Shown here: in pieces, positions 56,329 through 64,000 of the stretch | Layout: every line of letters starts with the position of its first letter | Position numbering within the stretch: position 1 is the stretch's first letter | Virus record (IMG/VR): IMGVR_UViG_3300024258_000005 | Source of the DNA: a virus | DNA: 64,000 bases | Direction: 5' to 3' (one strand) | Position numbers and translations under genes: made by a program | The notes under the pieces: model-generated | Databases searched by the model: none | What the model was told of the DNA's origin: nothing | Seen by the model: only the letters and a program-made list of their open reading frames with translations

Positions 56329-59300
56329 TTATTGAACTATAATATCTACTTTACCTTTAACAACACTACCATCAGATTCATCTGCACCATCTGTACCAGT
56401 ACCGATTGAAATAGTACCATCAGTGATATAATAGTCAAATGTATCATTACCAGTATATCCTAAAGTAGGCTCGTAAACAATTTCACCAGGAACAGCAGGA
56501 ACTTGTCCCATAATACCTTGAGTAAAACTAATTGTACCATGGGCTGGTTGAGTAACTGACATTATTACAATTTCTTCATTACCTGTATGACCATCATTAG
56601 ATAAAGGATTTAAAATATTATTAGCTGAACTAACAGAAACAACATAATTATCAGGAACTGTATAAGGACCAGTAACTTCAACAGTAATAGTTCCAAAACC
56701 AATTTTACCTTCTGTATCTGTAATAGAATATCCGAAGATATCTGGACCAGCATACTCAGTATCAGGAATATATGAAACACCACCTGTAATTGTAATTACT
56801 CCACTTGTTGCACCACCTAATGAATTAAGTAAAGTATAAGCACTCATATCAACATTACCTGGAATCATTGTAAATAGTTTATTATTTTCAACTACAAATG
56901 GAATATTTTGAACACCATCATTTAGTACATAATTTTCTAAATCAATATCATCTAGTATAGTAGGTTCAAATAAGAATCTAGTAGATAATATACTTGTACC
57001 ATGATTTGCATTATTAACAGAATACATACTAATAGTATCACCTGTACCATGACCATCATTAACCATAACATCAATGAATTGAGCACCTGAATTTTTAGAA
57101 ACTATAAATCCATCAGGACTAGTATAAGGACCACAAGGAGAACTAATTAAGTTAGTAGCTAAGCCACCATAAGTAGTTTCAAAATCATCACAACCATATC
57201 TATATGTACCAATTTTTTGATTAGCATAACCGCCATCATCAAAGTTTATATCACCTTCAATAATAGGAGATATATTAGGGAAATATTCAGCACGAATTTT
57301 ATTATATTCAGTTGTATAATTACTAATAAAAGTATTATTTGCTGTCACATAATTTTCAATTCTATTTACTTCACCTAATGCAGAAACTTGTTCGATAATA
57401 GTACTTTGTTCATTATTCTGAACAGCTTCATAAAGAGTCTGAGCTTTAATTAAATCAGAATTTAATCTATTAACTAAAATAAGACGCTTCTGTAATCTAT
57501 CTGTAATATATGTATAGTTAAAGATTACACGTTGGTAATCATCCATCTGAAATATATCTAATTTATTACTATCTGCATTCATAATATTACCAGCAGCTAA
57601 ATCTTTAGTTGTTTCAGCTAAATCAATTGCAGCTGAGTTGTCCCCTAATTCAATAGTATCAATAATATTTTGTTCAGTTTCTCTATCAATTAAAATATCA
57701 ATACCTGCATTATATAAATTCATTTCTTCTAACATAGCTTTTAATTTATTAATCTCAGTTACTTGTGTAAAATAAGATTCTTTTGCTACTAGTTGTGAAT
57801 CACTTATAGTTGTAATATTATCACCAGCTATATCAACAACACTACCAACACCTGAATCATAATTAAAAATATCATTATTTATAAGTTGATAATTTTCAAA
57901 GTTATCAATATTATTATAATCATCTCCAAGCTTATATCTAGCAATTTGCAACTCTAAAGTTAAAATATCAAACTGATTAGTAGTTCCAGATACTTTAAAA
58001 GAAGCAATAAAATTACTCAATTCAGTTTCTTTTGCTTGTAAAAGAATTTCAATATCAGCAATAGATTCATTTATCATATTACGAATATTTTTAAGATTAT
58101 TAAATCCTAGGACATTAGTTTTAATATCTAATTGTTGACCAGTACTAAATGTTCCCATATCTATAAAGTCTAATCCAAGATCAGTATCAATAATATTTTT
58201 AGAATTAAAACCTTCTGCAAAATATTTTACTAAAATATTGTACATTAGATATGTGAATTCATAAGAATACAAAGGGTTTGAATAGTTAAAGAAGAACGCA
58301 TTAACCTCGGGAGCATTGTTATCACCGACACGTATAGTAGTATCTGCAACTTTATTTTGTAATTTAATATTTCTTTCCTGAAGAGTATTAATTTCTATTG
58401 TAGCATTAATAACTGATTCATTTGCTTCATATTCTCTTTGGTATTCATCATATGTTCCAAAAAGACTAATTAAATTTTGTGTACCTATTTCAGCACTATG
58501 GTCAATATTTAAAACAATTTGATTACAAGCTGTAGCATATCCAACTCTAACAGAACTTGGATAATAACGGTTTGAAATTCTACCAGAGCTATCACTTAGA
58601 ACATAGTTATCAATTGTACGAATTTGATTTTGTGATTCAAATAAACTAGTAGCATCTTCTAAGAAGTAATGTGTACCAGGCACCATTGTTAAAAGTTGAT
58701 GATCAGGAGGAAGGTTGTATTTTACAGCATCTAATGTAATATAACCACCAGTATATATTAAGTGATTTCCTTCATTATATTCATTTAAATACATTCCAAT
58801 AACTTGACTAAACTTTTGTCTAGAAGCAACTGATCGTTTATATGTACCGGACTCATCATCAAAGTAACACATATCACCAGAACGAAGATCTTCTTCTTCT
58901 GAGAATTGTGGATCAGATGCTTTATGCAATTGTTCTTCCGCTACGGCAATAAAGTTTGCTGATGTTAATCCCATTGAACTATAAATTGCCCTTGACTGAT
59001 TACCAAAGTATTCGAAAAGTAGTTTATAATTTTGAATATAAAGTTTAGATAAATACTGAGGATCTATACCATTTACAATAGCACCAGGGGTTGCAGGATT
59101 TGATTGAATAATTTGACGAGCTTCTGTATTTTCATCATCTATTATATCAGAACTAGTAGCAAATGTAGCTATCAGTAATCCAGGCTTACCTGAAAATACA
59201 GTAGTTGAATTATTACCATCTAAACTCTTATCATTAAAATCACAACTTACAACATTAGAATCTTCAATACGAGGAAAATGTAAACTTGCATAATCGATAA

Positions 59301-59733
59301 ATCTAATTTTTGCAATATTATCTTGGCGTTGTTCAATATAATCATATTCAATAACTATACCATATTTAGTATCAGGAATAAAATCAGTATTTGAAAATAC
59401 AAAATAAGTATCTTCAAATATATCAATTAGTTGATTATCAACCATACATACACCGGCTTCAATCTTAAATATATTACTAATTACATTTGGGTCAGTTGGA
59501 TACTCACCAGGAATATCAACTTCATTCACTGTTATTCCAAAACCATTAATATATGTTACAACAGTTTCTCTAGCAGGAGTATTTCTAAATGTTGAAAATG
59601 TTCTAGCAACCATTCTTAAATAATCATTTTGTTTTCTATCGTTTGGTCCTAAACCATGCTTCTGATAAGTACCTTGTTCAGAAGTGGTAGGATTAATATT
59701 AGTTTGTATTCCATTAATTGACAAGATTGGCAT
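56329..59733 (-). CDS. 1134-aa virion protein with coiled-coil middle and C-terminal Ig-like (Big_9/cadherin-like) domains
   Basis: V-x-x-ND-x(n)-HGT...Y-x-P-x-x-x-Y-x-G-x-D-x-F-x-Y-x-I-T-D repeated twice at the C-terminus. Confidence 0.75.
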   Translation of the reverse strand: MPILSINGIQTNINPTTSEQGTYQKHGLGPNDRKQNDYLRMVARTFSTFRNTPARETVVTYINGFGITVNEVDIPGEYPTDPNVISNIFKIEAGVCMVDNQLIDIFEDTYFVFSNTDFIPDTKYGIVIEYDYIEQRQDNIAKIRFIDYASLHFPRIEDSNVVSCDFNDKSLDGNNSTTVFSGKPGLLIATFATSSDIIDDENTEARQIIQSNPATPGAIVNGIDPQYLSKLYIQNYKLLFEYFGNQSRAIYSSMGLTSANFIAVAEEQLHKASDPQFSEEEDLRSGDMCYFDDESGTYKRSVASRQKFSQVIGMYLNEYNEGNHLIYTGGYITLDAVKYNLPPDHQLLTMVPGTHYFLEDATSLFESQNQIRTIDNYVLSDSSGRISNRYYPSSVRVGYATACNQIVLNIDHSAEIGTQNLISLFGTYDEYQREYEANESVINATIEINTLQERNIKLQNKVADTTIRVGDNNAPEVNAFFFNYSNPLYSYEFTYLMYNILVKYFAEGFNSKNIIDTDLGLDFIDMGTFSTGQQLDIKTNVLGFNNLKNIRNMINESIADIEILLQAKETELSNFIASFKVSGTTNQFDILTLELQIARYKLGDDYNNIDNFENYQLINNDIFNYDSGVGSVVDIAGDNITTISDSQLVAKESYFTQVTEINKLKAMLEEMNLYNAGIDILIDRETEQNIIDTIELGDNSAAIDLAETTKDLAAGNIMNADSNKLDIFQMDDYQRVIFNYTYITDRLQKRLILVNRLNSDLIKAQTLYEAVQNNEQSTIIEQVSALGEVNRIENYVTANNTFISNYTTEYNKIRAEYFPNISPIIEGDINFDDGGYANQKIGTYRYGCDDFETTYGGLATNLISSPCGPYTSPDGFIVSKNSGAQFIDVMVNDGHGTGDTISMYSVNNANHGTSILSTRFLFEPTILDDIDLENYVLNDGVQNIPFVVENNKLFTMIPGNVDMSAYTLLNSLGGATSGVITITGGVSYIPDTEYAGPDIFGYSITDTEGKIGFGTITVEVTGPYTVPDNYVVSVSSANNILNPLSNDGHTGNEEIVIMSVTQPAHGTISFTQGIMGQVPAVPGEIVYEPTLGYTGNDTFDYYITDGTISIGTGTDGADESDGSVVKGKVDIIVQ

Positions 59734-60267
59734 TTATTGTCCTTTTATTTTATCTTTTGCTATATTTTTTTCTAAAGAAGAATTATAAACTTCAAGTATG
59801 TCAATTAATTCTAGTTCGATTTGACCCAGAAGTTTGTAAACAACTGGAGTACTAATTGTAAATATTAATTCATTTAGTACATTTAGATATTGTGAGTAAT
59901 GAGATAGATTTGCAATTAAATCCATATTCTCAGCACTTGTATCGTTCTTTATATTATCTTGAAGAATATCTATCTTTCCAGATAAATCAATAAGCTTATC
60001 ATATAAAGTGAACTGAAGAAATTTATCTTCAGTTCCTTCTAATTCATATGTAAACAGTTCTTCTTCTGTTGGCTGAACTTCTTGACCTTCTTCTTCTTCA
60101 GGTGCATCTTCCGCCGATTCTTCAGGTGCATCTTCCGCCGATTCTTCAGGTGCATCTTCCGCTGATGCATCTAATTCATCGTCTGAATTTAGTTCTTCAG
60201 CCTCTAACAGTAACAACAAAGGAAGATTAACCTCTTCCAATATTAGTCTCTGATTATAATTTAACAT
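59734..60267 (-). CDS. Acidic probable prohead core/scaffold-like protein
   Basis: LILEE, LLLEA motifs, SAEDAPEE x3 repeat; own late-type promoter. Confidence 0.6.
   Translation of the reverse strand: MLNYNQRLILEEVNLPLLLLLEAEELNSDDELDASAEDAPEESAEDAPEESAEDAPEEEEGQEVQPTEEELFTYELEGTEDKFLQFTLYDKLIDLSGKIDILQDNIKNDTSAENMDLIANLSHYSQYLNVLNELIFTISTPVVYKLLGQIELELIDILEVYNSSLEKNIAKDKIKGQ
60094..60165. repeat. 24-nt tandem repeat x3 (SAEDAPEE)
   Basis: TTCTTCAGGTGCATCTTCCGCCGA x2 plus a third copy with one mismatch. Confidence 0.95.
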
Positions 60268-60302
60268 TAATCATCCTTTCTTGTTATTTATTTTATATCT
60301 AG

Positions 60303-60311
60303 TATTTGTTA
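60303..60311 (-). promoter_or_regulatory. Candidate late promoter TAACAAATA
   Basis: ~36 nt upstream of ATG 60267. Confidence 0.55.
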
Positions 60312-60331
60312 GAGACCTAAGTCCCTAACGT

Positions 60332-62041
60332 TTAATAAATTTTATAGAATACTATATTACCAGAATCATATATTTTTCGGAAATCATTATTATACATATT
60401 AACAGTTTCCGTTAATTCAGCGTTAAATATTGGTAATATTTTATGAAGCTTATGCTTTTGATACTTATTTCTTGATTCTAATAGATTCTGATTCTCTGGT
60501 TTAAAATAGAAATAATTTGGTTGAGATATATGACTAAAGATGAATCCAATTGTCTTATATAAATGTCCAGTGCTCCATCTTCGATTAGCATATGTTACTA
60601 AGCTTACTGGGTTTATTGTTTTTTCAAAATGTTTTAGTAGTTTAGAAGCTGCTCCTAATACTGTATGGTTAAGTTTAGAGCAAAATCTTATTAATTCATA
60701 TTCGTATTGTTTAGACATTCTAGCTTTACCAAACGTCATCAAAGATACTAATTCATCTTTATAATAAAGACCGTATCGGAATTTAGCATTACCATGTCCT
60801 TGTAAATGATTAAGGTCTTCGAATTCTCTAGCTGTTTTTGCGTCAACATCTTTTATAACTGTTTTTCTTCCAAATATTCTAGTAGTTCTTCCCATCTTAG
60901 AATTTATAACGCTTTTCCATATATCTTGTTTTGTATCCCATTCATTTTCAAAAATTTGAAATAATTGAATTTCTTTATTCTCTACTAATTCAGTTTTATC
61001 TAAATGTCTTTTTTTATTTTCTGTTGGATTATTAAACATTGAATATTTACTAATTCCTTGAGAATGAAACATTAATCCATTATATTCGATAGCAAAATTA
61101 TTTGGAACTAATATATCTAATTCTTTATTGATTAAAGTCCTATCACCTTGAATTGTTTCATCTGAATCGATAAACTCAATTATTTCTGTTTCAGCTTCAC
61201 TATTACCAGTACGTTTCGTAAATTCAATATTTAATTCTTCAAATTTTTTATAAACAATTGAAGAACTACAATTAAAATAAGCTCTAAATTTTTTACTTAA
61301 TATATGCTTCTGACTATCTAAGAAATTTTTTTCTATATAATCCGCATCATTCCAAAATATAGAATTATCTATTTTAGTTTCTATTATTTTTAGTTGAACA
61401 TCTTTTGATCCAAACGGTGAGTTAGAATTAAATTTTAACATATTGTTTTGATTTCTTATCTCCTGAACCAGTTTTGATTGGTACGGATAATCGCTACTAT
61501 ATCTTAAATTATTAGTATTTTTTATTTTATTTGAAATTATGGTGGACATAGAAGCTACTTCATTACCAAATAATTTTAAATTTGTTTTTTTAATTTTTGT
61601 AATTATTTCTGAATTTGAAAATACACACTTTGTTCCATATTTTTCTAAATTTGTTTTAATCACTTGATCTTTTTTCTCTTGAGTGGAGTTAACAGATTCT
61701 ACCCCATACTTTAATATACAAGTTTCTTTTATTTTTTGTTTAACTTGTTTACTTTTGCTCATACATTTAACACAACAATAATCCTTAAATTTATAATTTT
61801 GTTTGTTAAATTCTACTTGGTTATTGCAATTGTGATTCTTACAAATTAAATCATTATTAGATAATTCTTGTTTGATTATTTGATATCTGATTTTTATATC
61901 ATTTGTTATATAAAAATCAGTATAATTAAAAAGTATTTTTAAAGCAATTTGAATTTCTGTATCGTTTTTATATTTAGCAGATTCTAAATTATTTTTTAAT
62001 CTTCCAGAATTTAATAATATTTGTATATCATTTATCATCAA
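60332..62041 (-). mobile_element. Hef-like free-standing endonuclease gene 3, downstream of the portal
   Basis: Zn finger, multiple K(E)T-x-L-x-K-Y-G repeats, AIEYNGLMFHS, QIFENEW, GAASKLL...VTYANRRWS. Confidence 0.8.
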
Positions 62042-62100
62042 AATTTCCTTTTTAAATATAATTTCTATACTTAAATTACTTATCTTGAAAGATAAATAAT

Positions 62101-64000
62101 TTAATATGATTGACCACCATCATCTGAATTCTGCATTAGCATATCTTTAGCTTGCTTCTTAATAAATCCATCACCTGTTTGAATTAAATCATCCCAGTTC
62201 ATTTGAGGAATATAAAGCTTCAATAGCTCTTTAGGATCAATTGTAATCTCAGCAGATTTCAACATACCAATAATATTTGTAACTGAACTAACAAGTGCTT
62301 CATTTGCCTGTACTGTTAGTACTAGAGGCGGATTCAAAGAAAACGCATAGTAGTTACTTAATAGGAAATCATTTCTATCGTAATCATTATTTTCCAGAAC
62401 AATAGAGAATATGGAGTTCATCAATTGACTTAATGAATCATCAATGTTACCTTGAAATGAAGAAATAGTAGTAGCAAAACTTGTATTAAGATTAACTAAT
62501 GTTTCTCTTAAATCAACTTGATCGCCGATGTTTAAATAAACAGATGGAATACCAGTAGCTGCAATAAGTTCATTTCTTAAATCATTCATATCATTAAGGG
62601 GTAAGCTGCGATCACCCATAGGCATAACTTCCATATCAATAAATCTTTGACCATTTACTTGAATAGTTGCTAAGTCACGGAAATCAGTAATTACCTTACT
62701 AATATTCTTAACATTACTTAATGAGTCAAAACTAATACTTTTATTAGAAATATCTTTCTTTACTTTCTCAATGATCTCAGCATGATTCTTTTTATTACCT
62801 GCCTCAATAGTCCATTTACGAACTACAGATGCTCGTGATAATCTTGAAACAATACTTGACATTAAAGCTAGTGTGTACATCTTAACAGGTTGAATAATTG
62901 GATCAAATATACTAGTACCATATGGTCCAAACTTATCTACAGATGTACTAAAGTTAATTAGTCTATTAGGAGAAACGAATCTAAATTTTAGTTTAGCCCG
63001 TTCTTTAATCTTATGATAAAGAATAATCTTGATTGAACTTTCAACTGAATCGCTTAGATTTAATTCATCTAAATTATTAGCATGAGAATTACTAATTGTA
63101 CTGTTAAGTTTTTTAACAACGCCTTTAGTCATCTGATCAATAATTTCACCACGAATTTCTTCTTCTGAGTTATTAGTACTCTTTGAATTATCTTGTTGTG
63201 TAAATCTTTTGAATACATCAATTTCAGAACCTTGACCATCACCTACATCTTCAACAATAAGGTAACCATAAAGTATCCCATCTTGTTCAATTATAATAAC
63301 TTGATTGGGAGAAACATTTTTAAGGTAGATATCTTGAATAGATGAAAAATCTAAATCATTAATATCATCAAAATTATATTCTGAATTTTCACGAGTAATC
63401 TCTGAATAATAACCTGTATCAGCTTCTTCTATTTGAGAGCCAATTATTTTCTTACTTAAAAGGTCTTTAAATTGTTGAGCTGGAGTTGAAACAGGAACAA
63501 CTTCACCATCCTCAACACTCTCTTCAAGATATTCGCCTTCTTTTTCAACGTACTCTTCTGCGTCTGATTCAAATATACAATATCCAAAATCCGTTGACTT
63601 TGTTTTAGTTTTAACACCAGTAACATAACTTTCAGTGATAAGCTCACGATGTGATGCTATATCAGCTACAGTCTTTAAATTAAGAATCTCAATAAAACTA
63701 TTACCATACTTTAACATATCAGGAACAATTCTATTTTTCATCTTCTTCTGTAAGTCAAAGTACACAGTACTTGTCTTTAAAAAGTTTTCATAATGCTTAC
63801 CACTATCTTCTTTAATCGTTTGAAGAAATGCAACATTATTTGGATTTGCATTAATATTTAAAAATTGTTTTGTTTGTACATTTTTAATAAGAATATTATC
63901 AATATATACTTTTAACATACGATATGCAATAAAGTTAATATTTGGAATTTCTTCATAAAATTGATAACGTTTTACACGTTCAGTTGGTACACTAATTTCA
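62101..64000 (-). CDS. Portal protein (T4 gp20-like), 5' end beyond the window
   Basis: The frame upstream of the track's ATG 63918 stays open to base 64000 (EISVPTERVKRYQFYEEIPNINFIAYR-MLKV). LKYGNSF, IVSRLSRASVVRKWTIEAG, LIAATGIPSVYL portal motifs. Confidence 0.88.
   Translation of the reverse strand, partial: EISVPTERVKRYQFYEEIPNINFIAYRMLKVYIDNILIKNVQTKQFLNINANPNNVAFLQTIKEDSGKHYENFLKTSTVYFDLQKKMKNRIVPDMLKYGNSFIEILNLKTVADIASHRELITESYVTGVKTKTKSTDFGYCIFESDAEEYVEKEGEYLEESVEDGEVVPVSTPAQQFKDLLSKKIIGSQIEEADTGYYSEITRENSEYNFDDINDLDFSSIQDIYLKNVSPNQVIIIEQDGILYGYLIVEDVGDGQGSEIDVFKRFTQQDNSKSTNNSEEEIRGEIIDQMTKGVVKKLNSTISNSHANNLDELNLSDSVESSIKIILYHKIKERAKLKFRFVSPNRLINFSTSVDKFGPYGTSIFDPIIQPVKMYTLALMSSIVSRLSRASVVRKWTIEAGNKKNHAEIIEKVKKDISNKSISFDSLSNVKNISKVITDFRDLATIQVNGQRFIDMEVMPMGDRSLPLNDMNDLRNELIAATGIPSVYLNIGDQVDLRETLVNLNTSFATTISSFQGNIDDSLSQLMNSIFSIVLENNDYDRNDFLLSNYYAFSLNPPLVLTVQANEALVSSVTNIIGMLKSAEITIDPKELLKLYIPQMNWDDLIQTGDGFIKKQAKDMLMQNSDDGGQSY

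Noticed and set aside
23327-59733. Diversity-generating retroelement acting on the fibre/adhesin genes
   Set aside because: No reverse transcriptase and no template/variable repeat pair seen in the window.
1-64000. Stop-codon reassignment (alternative genetic code)
   Set aside because: Standard-code ORFs tile the minus strand almost without gaps, and TAG stops (10511, 16151, 31714) fall at sensible protein ends.

Overview
64 kb of an AT-rich, large (probably jumbo) contractile-tailed phage genome. Every credible gene is on the minus strand and reads in the standard code. The window holds a T4-superfamily-type virion module: portal (runs off the right end), prohead protease, major capsid protein, neck, baseplate, sheath, tube, probable internal head proteins, and several fibres/adhesins. 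Four free-standing homing-type endonuclease genes interrupt it. A ~20 kb enzyme island (33.5-53.3 kb) splits the virion genes. It encodes a nucleotide-sugar pathway (UDP-sugar dehydrogenase, SDR decarboxylase/epimerase, short DegT aminotransferase, amidinotransferase, M14-type deacylase, GT-A and GT-B-like glycosyltransferases) and ten radical SAM proteins. The best candidate for a new system lies inside the island: a small fibre-like protein whose S74 intramolecular chaperone would self-cleave to leave a C-terminal (C-x-C-N-x-x)4 octa-cysteine core, flanked by SPASM/maturase-like radical SAM enzymes. This suggests RiPP-style modification, or metal loading, of a virion protein. Also seen: an unannotated 42-aa twin-arginine-motif microprotein, three recurring intergenic motifs (candidate late promoter, second promoter class, upstream activator/iteron box), long loop-less palindromes and a possible chaperone frameshift. 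All family assignments are motif recognition by eye; no database searches were run.
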